Assembly (NCBI GenBank): GCA_963743915.1 | Contig: CAVURN010000002.1 | Location: 64,001 to 128,000 of the forward strand | Source: an uncultured Actinomycetota bacterium | GTDB taxonomy: Bacteria; Actinomycetota; Actinomycetes; JAHEKZ01 | Direction: 5' to 3' | Length of the DNA: 64,000 bases | Shown here: positions 23,080-37,429 of the stretch, in pieces | Position numbering within the stretch: position 1 is the first letter of the stretch | Layout: each line of letters opens with the position of its first letter | Position numbers and translations under genes: made by a program | Notes under the pieces: generated by a model | Told to the model about the DNA's origin: nothing | The model's database searches: none | What the model saw: the letters and a program-made list of their open reading frames with translations, nothing else

Positions 23080-24195
23080 ATGAGCCGGCTGCACGATCTC
23101 ACCTCGGGTCTCTATCGCGGCGACGTCTCGTTCGACTTCGTCGGTCGCGCTCGCACCTGGTACGTGCTCTCGGCGGTGCTGCTGCTGCTGTCCATCGGCG
23201 CCATCGCCGTGAACGGGCTGAAGTTCGGGGTCGAGTTCTCGGGTGGCTCGGTCTTCACGGTGCAGAGCGAGACCTGCGACGTCGAGGTGGCGCGTGACGC
23301 GGCAGCGGAGCAGGTCCCTGAAGGCGTGCCGATCGTCACCGAGCTGACCGGTTCGAGCGGACGGGCTCTGCGTGTCCAGACCGTGGACATGACGCCGACC
23401 GAGACGGCGGCGGTGAGCCAGTCGCTGGCCGATGCCTGTGACGTGCCCCTCGACGAGATCTCCACGCAGGTGATCGGCCCGTCATGGGGTGAGCAGATCA
23501 CCAACAAGGCCCTCGCCGGGCTTGCGGTCTTCCTGGTGCTGATCGTCATCTACCTCTCGATCACCTTCGAGTGGCGGATGGCGGTCGCCGCGATCGTGGC
23601 GCTCTTCCACGACGTCTTCATCACGGTGGGCATCTACGCGCTCGTCGGCTTCGAGGTCACCCCGGCCACCGTGATCGGCGTTCTCACGATCCTCGGGTAC
23701 TCGCTGTACGACACCGTGGTCGTCTTCGACAAGGTGAAGGAGAACACCCGCGGGCTGCAGGCCACCAGCAGGATGACCTACAGCGAGGCGGCCAACCTGG
23801 CGGTCAACCAGACGCTGATCCGGTCGATCAACACCTCGATCGTGGGACTGCTGCCTGTCGCCGCGCTGCTCTTCGTCGGTGCGTACGTGCTGGGTGCCGG
23901 CACGCTGAAGGACCTCGCGCTCGCCCTCTTCGTGGGGATCGCGGTCGGCACCTACTCGTCGATCTTCGTGGCGACGCCGGTGCTCGCGCAGCTGAAGGAG
24001 CGCGAGCCGTCGATGCAGGCGCTCGCCAAGCGGGTGCAGGCCCGCCGAAGCGGTGGACGCGACGCCGTCGCCACGGCGACCGCCACCGTCGGTGGGTCAT
24101 CAGCGACGGGGGCCGACGGGTCGTCGGCGACCGTCCGGGCACCGAAGCAGGGTCCACGGAACCAGCCGAAGCGCAAACCCAAACGCAAGCGCTAG
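23080..24195 (+). CDS. secF: Protein translocase subunit SecF
   Basis: GVEFSGG, HDV, GYSLYDTVVVFDKV, RSINTS, GTYSS. Confidence 0.96.
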   Translation: MSRLHDLTSGLYRGDVSFDFVGRARTWYVLSAVLLLLSIGAIAVNGLKFGVEFSGGSVFTVQSETCDVEVARDAAAEQVPEGVPIVTELTGSSGRALRVQTVDMTPTETAAVSQSLADACDVPLDEISTQVIGPSWGEQITNKALAGLAVFLVLIVIYLSITFEWRMAVAAIVALFHDVFITVGIYALVGFEVTPATVIGVLTILGYSLYDTVVVFDKVKENTRGLQATSRMTYSEAANLAVNQTLIRSINTSIVGLLPVAALLFVGAYVLGAGTLKDLALALFVGIAVGTYSSIFVATPVLAQLKEREPSMQALAKRVQARRSGGRDAVATATATVGGSSATGADGSSATVRAPKQGPRNQPKRKPKRKR

Positions 24196-24278
24196 GCGTA
24201 CTCGCTCCGGGCGCACGGAGGGTACGACGCACCCCACTTGATTACTATTGAGTCATCCAGTGGAGGGACGGTGCAGCG

Positions 24279-26604
24279 GTGGACGACGAGACCGGCTCTG
24301 CGACGGTGAGTCCTGAGCCTGTCGGCGCGCCCACGGCCACCACCACGGCCCGCCGTGTCGCCTCCTCCGTCCCCCTCCACCCCGCCTCCGCACCAGACCC
24401 GGATGCGAGCGGCACTGGCCCGCCTGGGGGGCGGCGGACGCGTGCAGTACCCCGAGCTCGAGCCGATCGTGCGCTCGGTGCGCTCGGTGCACCCCAAGGC
24501 CGACGTCAAGGTGATCGAGCGTGCCTACGAGGTCGCCGAACGCAAGCATCGGGGGCAGCTGCGTCGCAGTGGCGAGCCCTACATCACCCACCCGCTGGCG
24601 GTGACGCAGATCCTGGCGGACCTCGGCATGACGCCCCCGACCCTGTGCGCCGGACTGCTCCACGACACCATCGAGGACACCGACTACTCGCTGGAGCAGC
24701 TTCGCGGAGAGTTCGGGGACGAGATCGCCCTGCTGGTCGACGGCGTCACCAAGCTGGACAAGGTCAAGTACGGCCAAGCGGCGCAGGCCGAGACCACGCG
24801 CAAGATGGTGGTCGCGATGGCGCGCGACATCCGGGTGCTGGTCATCAAGCTCTGCGACCGGCTGCACAACATGCGGACCCTCCGCTACCTCCCGCCGGAG
24901 AAGCAGCAGTCGAAGGCACGCGAGACGCTCGAGATCTACGCGCCACTCGCGCACCGGCTCGGCATGAACGCGATCAAGTGGGAGCTGGAGGACCTCTCCT
25001 TCGGCACGCTCTACCCCAAGCGGTACGAGGAGATCGTGAGTCTGGTCGAGCGTCGCGCGCCCAGTCGCGACCAGTTCCTCGACGACGTGATCCACGACGT
25101 CGACCAGGCGCTGCACGAGGCGCGCATCGACGCCCAGGTCACCGGTCGGCCGAAGCACTACTACAGCGTCTACCAGAAGATGATCGTCAGGGGCCGTGAC
25201 TTCGCGGACATCTATGACCTGGTCGGGCTTCGTGTGCTGGTCGACTCGGTGCGCGACTGCTATGCGGCTCTGGGTGTCATCCACGCGCGCTGGAACCCTG
25301 TTCCGGGGCGCTTCAAGGACTACATCGCGATGCCCAAGTTCAACATGTACCAGTCGCTGCACACGACGGTGATCGGGCCCGAGGGCAAGCCGGTCGAGCT
25401 GCAGATCCGTACGCACGCGATGCACCGCCGTGCCGAGTACGGCGTGGCTGCGCACTGGAAGTACAAGGAGAGCCCAGGAGCCACGACGACGCAGGACGAC
25501 ATGGCGTGGCTGCGACAGCTGCTCGACTGGCAGCAGGAGACGTCCGACCCTGGGGAGTTCCTCGAGTCGCTGCGGTTCGAGATCAGCGGCAGCGAGGTGT
25601 TCGTCTTCACCCCCAAGGGTGACGTGGTCGCGCTGGTCACCGGTGCCACGCCGGTCGACTTCGCGTACGCGGTGCACACCGAGGTGGGACACCGGACCGT
25701 GGGAGCGCGGGTGAACGGGCGACTGGTGCCCCTCGACTCGGTGCTCGAGAACGGCGACGTCGTCGAGGTGATCACCTCCAAGTCCGAGGGATCGGGCCCG
25801 AGCCAGGACTGGCTCGGCTTCGTCAAGTCACCGCGTGCTCGGAACAAGATCCGCGCCTGGTTCTCCAAGGAGAGGCGCGACGAGGCCGTCGAGCACGGCA
25901 AGGACGCGCTCACCCGCGCCATGCGCAAGCAGGGGCTGCCGATGCAGCGGGTCCTCAGCGGCCCCGCGCTGCTGTCGGTCTCAGCCGACCTGCGGCTGAA
26001 GGACATCTCGTCGCTGTACGCGGCGATCGGGGAGGGGCACGTCAGTGCTCAGACAGTCGTGCGCCGGCTGGTCGACGCCCTCGGCGGTGAGGAGGGTGCG
26101 TCGGAGGACATCGCCGAGGCCGCCTCGCCCACGCGACCTGCGCGCCTGCGGACCGGGGAGGACCCGGGTGTCGTGGTCAAGGGCGTCGACGACGTGTGGG
26201 TCAAGCTGGCCCGTTGCTGCACCCCCGTGCCCGGGGACACGATCGTCGGGTTCGTCACCCGTGCGAGCGGCGTGTCGGTCCACCGGTCGAACTGCGTCAA
26301 CGTCGCTGCGCTCGCCGAGGACCGGTTCGTCGACGTGCAGTGGGCACCGACCGCGTCGAGCGTGTTCCTGGTCTCGATCCAGGTCGAGGCGCTCGACCGC
26401 GCCCGGCTGCTCTCCGACGTGACGCGGGTGCTGTCCGACCAGCACGTCAACATCCTGAGCGCCTCCGTCACCACCAGTCGTGACCGGGTGGCCCTGTCCC
26501 GCTTCACCTTCGAGATGGGGGACACCCGTCACCTGGGGCATGTCCTCGGCGCCGTCCGCGGCATCGAGGGTGTGTACGACGTCTACCGGCTGACCAACGC
26601 CTGA
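24279..26604 (+). CDS. relA: Bifunctional (p)ppGpp synthetase/hydrolase Rel (start uncertain: GTG 24279 with a frameshift, or ATG 24403)
   Basis: [32 protein letters not shown] and ACT domains. Confidence 0.95.
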
Positions 26605-26608
26605 GGCG

Positions 26609-27919
26609 TCAGCCGCCGAACTCCTCCAACGTCGCCTGCGCCTGCTCCAGCCACTCCCGACGAGCCGTCAGCGCAGCCTGCACCTCGTCCTCGGTGCGGG
26701 AGTCACCCGAGGCCCGAGCGGCGGCCAGCTGCTTCTCGAGCTTGGCGATCGAGGCAGTCAGCTGGTCGGCGGTTGCTGATGCCCGCGCGCGCGCCTCCGG
26801 ATTCGTGCGCTTCCATCGCGTCTCCTCGGCCTGCCGGACCGCCTGCTCCACCTGCTGCAGGCGGCGTTCGACGGCTGGACGGTCGGCGCGGGGGACGTGG
26901 CCGATCTGCGCCCAGCGGTCCTGGATGGAGCGCAGCGAGCTGCGAGCGGCGTCGAGGTCCTTCACGGGCAGCAGACGCTCGGCCTCCTCGGCGAGCTGCT
27001 GCTTGGCCTGCAGGTTCTGCTGCTGCTCCGCGTCCCGTTCGGAGAAGACCTCTGACCGCGCTGTGAAGAAGGTGTCCTGTGCAGCCTTGAACCGCGCCCA
27101 CAGCTCGTTCTCCGCCTCGCGGGTGGCAGGCCCGGCGGCTTTCCACCGCTGCATCAGTCCTCGGAAGGCGTTCGCCGTGGGCCCCCAGTCCTTGCTGGAC
27201 GCCAGAGCCTCCGCCTCCTTGACGATCTTCTCCTTGACCGCGACCGCCTCGGCGCGTTGGCTGTCCCGCTGCGCGAACCAGGCGCGGCGTCGCTTCTCGA
27301 AGGTGCTGCGCGCGTGGCTCAGGCGCTTCCAGAGCTCCTGCTCGGTGGCCCGGTCCGTGTGCGGTGCCGTGCGCCACTCCTCGACCAGGGCTCGGAAGCG
27401 GTCCCCCGTGGCCTTCCACTGCGTGCTCTCGGAGAGCTTCTCGGCCTCGGCGACGAGTGCCTCGCGACGCGCCTTCGCCTCGGCCTTGGCGTGCTCGCGC
27501 TCCGCCTTGCGGGCCGCGCGCCGCTCGTCCACGACGGCGACGAGTGCGTCGAGCCGGGCCGAGAGCGCCTTGAGGTCGCCGACGCACGAGGGAGGGTCGA
27601 CCTGCTCGCGGAGCTTCCCGATCGCCGCCATGGCCTCGTCCGGCGGCAGGCCGGCGTCGGTGAGCCGGTGGGCGAGCAGGTCGATCTCGACCGAGAGCGT
27701 CGCGTACTTGCGCTCGTAGAACCGCAGCCCCTCGGCGGGGGACCCGGCAAGCCACTGCCCGACCAGGGCCTCGCCGTCGGCGGTCCGCACGTACACCGCT
27801 CCGTTCTCGTCGGCGCGACCCCACGGCTGCGGGGCCGGCGCGGCGCTGCGTCCGGGCGGCGGGGTCGGACGCGGGACAGCTCCCGGGGCCGAGGGTGGCC
27901 GCGGAGTCGGCTCGCTCAT
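26609..27919 (-). CDS. DUF349 domain protein
   Basis: WGRADENGAVYVRT N-terminus and repeated W..G....E..LW.RF helical units; conserved position after rel. Confidence 0.88.
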   Translation of the reverse strand: MSEPTPRPPSAPGAVPRPTPPPGRSAAPAPQPWGRADENGAVYVRTADGEALVGQWLAGSPAEGLRFYERKYATLSVEIDLLAHRLTDAGLPPDEAMAAIGKLREQVDPPSCVGDLKALSARLDALVAVVDERRAARKAEREHAKAEAKARREALVAEAEKLSESTQWKATGDRFRALVEEWRTAPHTDRATEQELWKRLSHARSTFEKRRRAWFAQRDSQRAEAVAVKEKIVKEAEALASSKDWGPTANAFRGLMQRWKAAGPATREAENELWARFKAAQDTFFTARSEVFSERDAEQQQNLQAKQQLAEEAERLLPVKDLDAARSSLRSIQDRWAQIGHVPRADRPAVERRLQQVEQAVRQAEETRWKRTNPEARARASATADQLTASIAKLEKQLAAARASGDSRTEDEVQAALTARREWLEQAQATLEEFGG

Positions 27920-28665
27920 GCGGGCTCCTGGATACGAGCGGCGGTGATGGTCAACGGCGTGGCCGGGGGACCGTCGCCGGCGGTGGGGGAGCTGGGGTCC
28001 ACGCCGTCCTTGGCGATGGACTCGACGACCTCGAGACCGCTGGTCACGCGTCCGACGATGGTGTAGTCGGGCGGCAGGGTGGTGTCGCGGTACACGAGGA
28101 AGAACTGGCTGCCCGCCTCACCACCTTGGGGCTCGGCCATGGCGACGCTGCCCTTGGGGTAGTTGCCCTTGGTGTCCTTGGGGAGGTTCTCGTCGGCCGT
28201 CGTGTACCCCGGACCGCCCGAACCGGTGCCGGACCGGTCGCCGCACTGCAGCACGTAGATGCCCTCGGTGGTGAGTCGGTGGCACGACGTCCCGTCGAAG
28301 TACCCCTCACCCGCCAGGAAGGCCAGTGAGTTGGAGTTCTTGGGCGCCTGCCGGGTGTCGAGGGCGATGGTGATCGGACCCTGGTCGGTGTCGAGGACCA
28401 GGTCGGCCGAGGTGCCCTTCGGGAGCGCGTCCCCGGCGGCGTCGTAGGTGAACGTGTCCTGGCCCGCCGCGGGGGTCGTGGGCTCGTCGTCGGACGTGCT
28501 CTGCCACAGGAACCAGCCACCGACGGCGACAACGGCGACTCCGGCCACGCTCGCGATGACCACCTGCCGGCGCCGGCGGCGCTCCGCCTTGGTGTGCTGC
28601 CGGGCGAGGTACGCCTCGTGCCGCGCCCGCGCCTTCGCCCTGCGCTGCTGCTGGGTGGGGGACAC
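27916..28665 (-). CDS. Membrane-anchored cyclophilin-type peptidyl-prolyl isomerase
   Basis: TM helix, CHRLTT..IYVLQCGD, GGPGY, GSQFFLV. Confidence 0.9.
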   Translation of the reverse strand: MSPTQQQRRAKARARHEAYLARQHTKAERRRRRQVVIASVAGVAVVAVGGWFLWQSTSDDEPTTPAAGQDTFTYDAAGDALPKGTSADLVLDTDQGPITIALDTRQAPKNSNSLAFLAGEGYFDGTSCHRLTTEGIYVLQCGDRSGTGSGGPGYTTADENLPKDTKGNYPKGSVAMAEPQGGEAGSQFFLVYRDTTLPPDYTIVGRVTSGLEVVESIAKDGVDPSSPTAGDGPPATPLTITAARIQEPA

Positions 28666-28858
28666 CGCTCTCCTGCCTTCGGCCAGACCGGGCTTGCCCC
28701 GGTCGACGCACCAGTGTAGGTACCGAGGCCGCAGGTGGGTGCCAGGGTGACCGATAGGCTCTGCACGTTCCCCGCTGTCCGTCTCCGTGTCGTCCGTCAC
28801 GTGTGCCCGCACGTGGTGCACCCGGTCGCACACCGCCCTGCCCGAGGAGGAGCTGCTC

Positions 28859-29584
28859 GTGCTGGTCGCCGGCTTTCCCTCGGCCGCCTTCGGCACCAAC
28901 GTGTACGTGGTGGCCCCGGCCTCCGGCGAGGAGTGTGTGGTCGTCGACCCGGGCATCGAGGTGGTGCCGGGGCTGGACGCCCTGCTGGACGAGCATCGGC
29001 TCCGCCCGGTCGCCGTGCTGCTCACGCACGGACATCTGGACCACACGTTCTCGGTCGTCCCGGTCGCCGGCTCGCGCGGGATCCCCGCATACATCCATCC
29101 CGCGGACCGCGAGCTGCTGGCAGACCCGATGAAGGGCCTGAGCCGGGAGACCGCCGAGATGTTCGGGGGACGGCTGCAGTGGCAGGAGCCCGACGACGTC
29201 GCCGAGCTCACCGACCGTGGGCAGCTCCGTCTGGCAGGGCTCGAGATCAGCGTCGACCACGCTCCTGGCCACACCCCTGGCTCGGTGATGTTCCGGGTGC
29301 CGGGTGCACCGGAGGGGTTGTCAGGGCTCGACGACGTGCCGGGGCAGACGGTTCTCAGCGGTGACGTGCTCTTCGCGGGGTCGATCGGACGCACTGATCT
29401 GCCAGGGGGATCTCTGCCGCAGATGCTGACGTCACTGAGCGAGAAGGTGCTGCCGCTCGACGACGCCACCCTCGTGCTGCCCGGGCATGGCGGAGCGACC
29501 ACCATCGGTCGGGAGAGGAACTCCAACCCCTACCTGCTGGAGGCCGCCCGCGGCCGGGCAGCGGCACCGGCGAGAGGGCTGTAG
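28859..29584 (+). CDS. MBL-fold metallo-hydrolase (glyoxalase II-like)
   Basis: THGHLDH, PGHTPG, GDVLF, PGHG. Confidence 0.92.
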   Translation: MLVAGFPSAAFGTNVYVVAPASGEECVVVDPGIEVVPGLDALLDEHRLRPVAVLLTHGHLDHTFSVVPVAGSRGIPAYIHPADRELLADPMKGLSRETAEMFGGRLQWQEPDDVAELTDRGQLRLAGLEISVDHAPGHTPGSVMFRVPGAPEGLSGLDDVPGQTVLSGDVLFAGSIGRTDLPGGSLPQMLTSLSEKVLPLDDATLVLPGHGGATTIGRERNSNPYLLEAARGRAAAPARGL

Positions 29585-29586
29585 AC

Positions 29587-30961
29587 GTGGCCAAGATGGC
29601 CCCCCTGTCGGGCTTCCCGGAGCTCCTGCCCGAGCAGCGGATCGTCGAGCAGCAGCTGCTCGACACCGTGCGCCGGATCTTCGAGCTGCACGGCTTCAGC
29701 TCCCTCGAGACCCGGTCGGTGGAACCCCTCGAGCAGATGCTGCGCAAGGGCGAGATCGACAAGGAGGTCTACGTCCTCCGCCGGCTGCATGCCGAGGGTG
29801 ACGAGCAGCCACGCCACCAGCTGGGGCTGCACTTCGACCTGACTGTGCCGCTCGCGAGATACGTGCTGCAGCACGCCGGTCAGCTGGAGTTCCCGTTCCG
29901 CCGCTACCAGATCCAGAAGGCCTGGCGGGGGGAGCGACCGCAGGAGGGGCGCTACCGGGAGTTCACGCAAGCCGACATCGACGTGGTCGGACGCGAGACC
30001 CTCGCGTTCCACCACGAGGTCGAGGTCGCACTCGTGATGGCCGAGGTGTTCGCTGCCCTGCCCATCCCGCGGGCGACGGTGCGGGTGAACAACCGCAAGC
30101 TCGCCGAGGGCTTCTTCCTGGGGCTTGGTGCCGGCGACAGCGCAGCCGCGCTCCGCGCGATCGACAAGCTCGACAAGATCCCCGCGAAGGCCGTGTCCGA
30201 CCTGCTGGTGCAGGACGCGGGGCTGACCCCCGCCGCCGCGAGCCAGTGCTTGCAGCTGGCGGCCATCACGAGCGAGGACGTGAGCTTCGCGTCCCGCGTC
30301 CGGGAGCTGGGCGTCAGCCACCCGTTGCTCGACGAGGGGATCGACGAGCTGGTGGCCGTGGTCGGCAGCGCCCACGCCAGTCGGCCCGGCGCCGTCGTCG
30401 CGGATCTGCGGATCGCCCGCGGACTCGACTACTACACCGGCACGGTCTACGAGACCACCCTCGAGGGCTACGAGAGTCTCGGTTCCATCTGCTCCGGTGG
30501 CCGCTACGACGCACTGGCCAGCGACGGCCGCACGTCGTACCCAGGCGTCGGCATCTCGCTCGGCGTCTCCCGCCTGCTCGTCCCGCTACTGGCCGACGGT
30601 CGGATCACCGCCTCGCGGTCGGTCCCGACCTGCGTCCTGGTCGCGGTGGCCGACGAGGCGCACCGAGGAGTGTCCGACCGGGTGGCCGACGCCCTGCGGG
30701 CCCGCGGCATCAGCACGGAGGTGGCGCCGGCGGCTGCCAAGTTCGGCAAGCAGATCAGGCATGCGGACCGCCGGGGGATCCCCTTCGTCTGGTTCCCTGA
30801 CCCAACCGGCTCGGGCTCGGTGAAGGACATCCGCAGCGGCGACCAGGTCGACGCCGACCCGGACACCTGGATGCCGCCCCCCGAGGACCTGCAGCCGGCT
30901 GTTCGTGCAGCCGGCGCGCCCGACGACCCCGACCCCCGCATCCGAGGAGCCACGTTCGTGA
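29587..30961 (+). CDS. hisS: Histidine--tRNA ligase (reads in frame into aspS in this assembly)
   Basis: [34 protein letters not shown]; probable stop TGA 30959-30961 in +1 frame. Confidence 0.93.
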
Positions 30962-32766
30962 TCCGCACCCGTGAAGCAGGCACCCTGCGCAGCCACGACG
31001 CGCAGGCCGAGGTCATCCTTGCCGGCTGGGTGGCCCGGCGGCGCGACCACGGCGGTGTGGCCTTCGTCGATCTGCGCGACGCGTCCGGCTCGGTGCAGGT
31101 GGTGATCCGTGACGTCGTGGTCGCCGACCAGCTGCGTCCGGAGTACTGCGTCAAGATCGTCGGCGAGGTGGCAGCGAGGCCGGAGGGCAACGAGAACCCC
31201 GACCTCGCCACCGGCGACATCGAGGTTCTCGCCACCGAGGTCGAGATCCTGAGCACGAGCGACCCGCTGCCGTTCCCCATCGACGAGCACCTGACCGTCG
31301 GCGAGGACTCCCGTCTGCGTCACCGCTACCTCGACCTCAGGCGCGAAGGTCCGGGCCGCGCACTCCGGCTGCGGGCCGCAGCCACCAAGGTGATCCGCTC
31401 CGTCATGGATGCCGAGGGCTTCCTCGAGATCGAGACTCCCTACCTCACCCGCTCGACACCGGAGGGCGCGCGCGACTTCCTGGTGCCGGTGCGGCTCCAG
31501 CCGGGCCACTGGTATGCCCTGCCGCAGTCACCCCAGCTGTTCAAGCAGCTGCTGATGGTCGCGGGCATGGAGCGCTACTACCAGGTTGTGCGGTGCTTCC
31601 GCGACGAGGACTTCCGGGCCGACCGGCAGCCGGAGTTCACCCAGCTCGACCTCGAGATGTCCTTCGTCGACCAGGACGACGTCATGACGGTCGCAGAGGC
31701 GGTGGTGTCCTCCCTCTGGCGTGAGATCCATGGATACGAGATCTCCCTCCCGCTGCCCCGCATGACGTACGCCGAAGCCATGCAGCGCTTCGGCAGCGAC
31801 AAGCCGGACGTGCGGTTCGGCAACGAGCTGGTCGATGTCACCGAGTACTTCAAGGACACCTCCTTCCGGGTGTTCCAGGCCGAGCACGTCGGCGCCGTCG
31901 TCATGCCCGGAGGTGCCTCGCAGACCCGCAAGGAGCTCGATGCGTGGCAGGACTGGGCCAAGGCGCGGGGGGCGCGGGGGTTGGCGTACGTCCTGGTGGG
32001 TGCCGACGGCGAGCTGGGCGGCCCGGTGGCGAAGAACCTTGCTGACGGTGAGCGGCTGGGGCTCGCCGAGGCCGTCGGGGCTGCTCCGGGCGACGCGGTC
32101 TTCTTCGCAGCCGGCGACCGGCGGGCCGCGCTCGAGCTGCTGGGGGCGGCGCGGCTGGAGATCGGGCGTCGGTGTGAGCTGGTCGACGAGTCTGCATGGG
32201 CGTTCCTGTGGGTGGTCGACGCGCCGATGTTCGAGCCCGACGGCGAAGGTGGCTGGACCGCCGTCCACCACCCGTTCACGGCGCCGAACGCCGACTGGCA
32301 GGACGCCTTCGACGCCGATCCCGGACGTGCCCTCGCCTACGCGTACGACATGGTCCTCAACGGCAGTGAGATCGGCGGTGGGTCGATCCGTATCCATCGC
32401 ACCGACGTGCAGCAGCGAGTCTTCGACGTGATCGGTCTGGAGCGGGACGAGGCCGACGCCAAGTTCGGGTTCCTGCTCGACGCCCTCCGCTACGGTCCAC
32501 CACCGCATGGCGGGATCGCGTTCGGCCTCGACCGCCTCGTGGCGCTGCTCGCCGGGGCCAGCTCGATCCGCGAGGTGATCGCGTTCCCCAAGACCGCATC
32601 CGGCGGCGACCCGCTCACGGGGGCGCCTTCGCCGATCACGCCCGCCCAGCGTGCGGAGGCAGGCGTCGACGCCACACCCGACCCCGACGAGGCGGCCCCT
32701 GTGGCGAACAAGCCGGGCGGTGAGGCCCTGCTCGATCAACCTGGCCCCGACCAGCGTCGGGGATGA
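30958..32766 (+). CDS. aspS: Aspartate--tRNA ligase, likely non-discriminating (Asp/Asn)
   Basis: Own RBS GAGGAG at 30944; [34 protein letters not shown]. Confidence 0.95.
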   Translation: MIRTREAGTLRSHDAQAEVILAGWVARRRDHGGVAFVDLRDASGSVQVVIRDVVVADQLRPEYCVKIVGEVAARPEGNENPDLATGDIEVLATEVEILSTSDPLPFPIDEHLTVGEDSRLRHRYLDLRREGPGRALRLRAAATKVIRSVMDAEGFLEIETPYLTRSTPEGARDFLVPVRLQPGHWYALPQSPQLFKQLLMVAGMERYYQVVRCFRDEDFRADRQPEFTQLDLEMSFVDQDDVMTVAEAVVSSLWREIHGYEISLPLPRMTYAEAMQRFGSDKPDVRFGNELVDVTEYFKDTSFRVFQAEHVGAVVMPGGASQTRKELDAWQDWAKARGARGLAYVLVGADGELGGPVAKNLADGERLGLAEAVGAAPGDAVFFAAGDRRAALELLGAARLEIGRRCELVDESAWAFLWVVDAPMFEPDGEGGWTAVHHPFTAPNADWQDAFDADPGRALAYAYDMVLNGSEIGGGSIRIHRTDVQQRVFDVIGLERDEADAKFGFLLDALRYGPPPHGGIAFGLDRLVALLAGASSIREVIAFPKTASGGDPLTGAPSPITPAQRAEAGVDATPDPDEAAPVANKPGGEALLDQPGPDQRRG

Positions 32767-32785
32767 GCCCGCATAGGGTCGCACC

Positions 32786-34141
32786 ATGTCCTCTGGCCCC
32801 GACCTCTTCGAGTCGGCTGCCGACGACCGGGGTGGTGGCCCCCTGGCCGCCCGGATGCGTCCGCAGTCGGTCGACGAGCTGGTCGGGCAGGAGCACCTGC
32901 TGTCCGCCGGGTCGCCGCTCCGCCGGCTGGTCGAGGGTGACGCCCGGTCCGTCTCGCTGATCCTCTACGGACCTCCGGGCACGGGGAAGACCACACTGGC
33001 CCATCTGGTGAGCCGGGCCACGGGTCGCAGGTTCGCCGAGCTGTCGGCAGTGACCGCGGGAGTGAAGGACGTGCGTGCGGTCGTCGACGACGCTCGTCGC
33101 CGCCTCGGCATGGGCGAGGCGGAGACCGTGCTGTTCGTCGACGAGGTGCACCGGTTCTCCAAGACCCAGCAGGACGCACTCCTTCCCGCGGTCGAGAACG
33201 GCTGGGTGGTGCTCATCGCTGCCACGACGGAGAACCCGCACTTCGCGATCGTCGCGCCCCTGCTGTCGCGGTCGCTGCTCGTGACGCTGAGGCCGCTCGA
33301 CGCCGCCGCGCTCGAGACGTTGGTGCGGCGCGCCGTCACCGACGAGCGCGGTCTGGCCGGGGAGGTCGAGGTCACTGACGAGGCAGTCGAGGCGATCGTG
33401 CGTCTCGGCGGTGGGGACGCCCGCAAGTCACTCACGATCCTGGACGCCGCGGCCGCCGGTTCGGACGGAGTCATCGGCGCGGACGAGGTGGCGCGCGCCG
33501 TCGACCGGGCAGCGGTGCGGTACGACCGTGACGGCGACCAGCACTACGACGTGACGAGCGCCTTCATCAAGAGCATCCGCGGCAGCGACGTCGACGCCGC
33601 ACTCCACTACCTGGCGCGGATGATCGAAGCCGGCGAGGACCCACGATTCATCGCGCGGCGACTGGTGATCCATGCTTCCGAAGACATCGGGATGGCGGAT
33701 CCGACAGCGCTGCAGACCGCGGTGGCGGCACTGCATGCCTCTGCCTTCGTGGGGCTGCCCGAGGCTCGGATCCCGCTGGCCCAGGCGGTCATCCACCTGT
33801 CGACCGCACCGAAGTCGAACGCCGTGATCGTGGCGATCGACGCGGCGATCGATGACGTCCGACGGGGACGGATCGGGGCGGTGCCTGCGCCTCTGCGGGA
33901 CGCGCACTATCCGGGCGCGAAGACGCTCGGGGCGGGGCAGGGATACGCGTACCCCCACGACGACCCGCGCGGGGTGGTGCGCCAGCAGTACGCACCCGAA
34001 CCGGTCGTCGGTCGGCGGTACTACAGGCCGTCGCGCCACGGAGCCGAGGGCGCATTGTCCGAGCGGCTGGACAAGCTCCGTGCCCTCATCGACGGTCCGG
34101 GCGACGACGACCCCGACGGCCGGGCCCGCAGCGGGGACTGA
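32786..34141 (+). CDS. rarA: Replication-associated recombination protein A (MgsA/RarA)
   Basis: [43 protein letters not shown]. Confidence 0.95.
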   Translation: MSSGPDLFESAADDRGGGPLAARMRPQSVDELVGQEHLLSAGSPLRRLVEGDARSVSLILYGPPGTGKTTLAHLVSRATGRRFAELSAVTAGVKDVRAVVDDARRRLGMGEAETVLFVDEVHRFSKTQQDALLPAVENGWVVLIAATTENPHFAIVAPLLSRSLLVTLRPLDAAALETLVRRAVTDERGLAGEVEVTDEAVEAIVRLGGGDARKSLTILDAAAAGSDGVIGADEVARAVDRAAVRYDRDGDQHYDVTSAFIKSIRGSDVDAALHYLARMIEAGEDPRFIARRLVIHASEDIGMADPTALQTAVAALHASAFVGLPEARIPLAQAVIHLSTAPKSNAVIVAIDAAIDDVRRGRIGAVPAPLRDAHYPGAKTLGAGQGYAYPHDDPRGVVRQQYAPEPVVGRRYYRPSRHGAEGALSERLDKLRALIDGPGDDDPDGRARSGD

Positions 34142-34257
34142 CTCCGCACGCCCCGCGCGACCCGCCGGAAATGCGGTCGGGAGCCCACCGTCTCCTTCGG
34201 TAGGCTCGACGGTGTTCTGCGCCGCCACCCCAGATCTGCCCCGAGGAGTCGTTGTCC

Positions 34258-36927
<2,670 letters not shown>

Positions 36928-36931
36928 CCCG

Positions 36932-37429
36932 ATGAGCGGCGGCGCCCGGCAACGCGGGGTCTGGCTCGCGGTCGACCCTGGCGAGGTGCGCATCGGAGTG
37001 GCGGCCTGTGACCCCGAGCAGGTGCTCGCCTCGCCTGTGGTGACCGTGGCCCCTGGTGATGCCGTCGAGGCAGTGGTCTCACTGGTCGCCGATCGTGACG
37101 CGGCTGGCGTGGTGGTGGGGCTGGCCCTCTCGCTGTCCGGTGGTGAGGGAGCCGCCGCCGCGGCCGGGCGCCGCTGGGCCGGTCGGCTCGCTTCCCGGAT
37201 CTCCGAGCCGGTCTACCTGGTCGACGAGCGGCTCACCACGGTCAGTGCGAGCGCCAGCCTGCGCAGCGCCGGTCGCAGCGGGCGGAACGCCCGCGCTGTC
37301 GTCGACCAGGCTGCTGCGGCGGCGCTGCTGCAGGGCGTCCTGGACGCCGCGGCGTCCCGCGGCACCGACGTCGGAGCCGTGCTGGCCACCGGGCTCGGCG
37401 AGCGGGTGCCCGCGGGGGAGGTCTCGTGA
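36932..37429 (+). CDS. ruvX: RuvX/YqgF nuclease
   Basis: AVDPG..RIGVA, VVVGL, DERLTT, VDQAAA. Confidence 0.92.
   Translation: MSGGARQRGVWLAVDPGEVRIGVAACDPEQVLASPVVTVAPGDAVEAVVSLVADRDAAGVVVGLALSLSGGEGAAAAAGRRWAGRLASRISEPVYLVDERLTTVSASASLRSAGRSGRNARAVVDQAAAAALLQGVLDAAASRGTDVGAVLATGLGERVPAGEVS

Noticed and set aside
24196-24400. Missing apt between secF and rel
   Set aside because: Simple lineage-specific absence or relocation; no remnant visible
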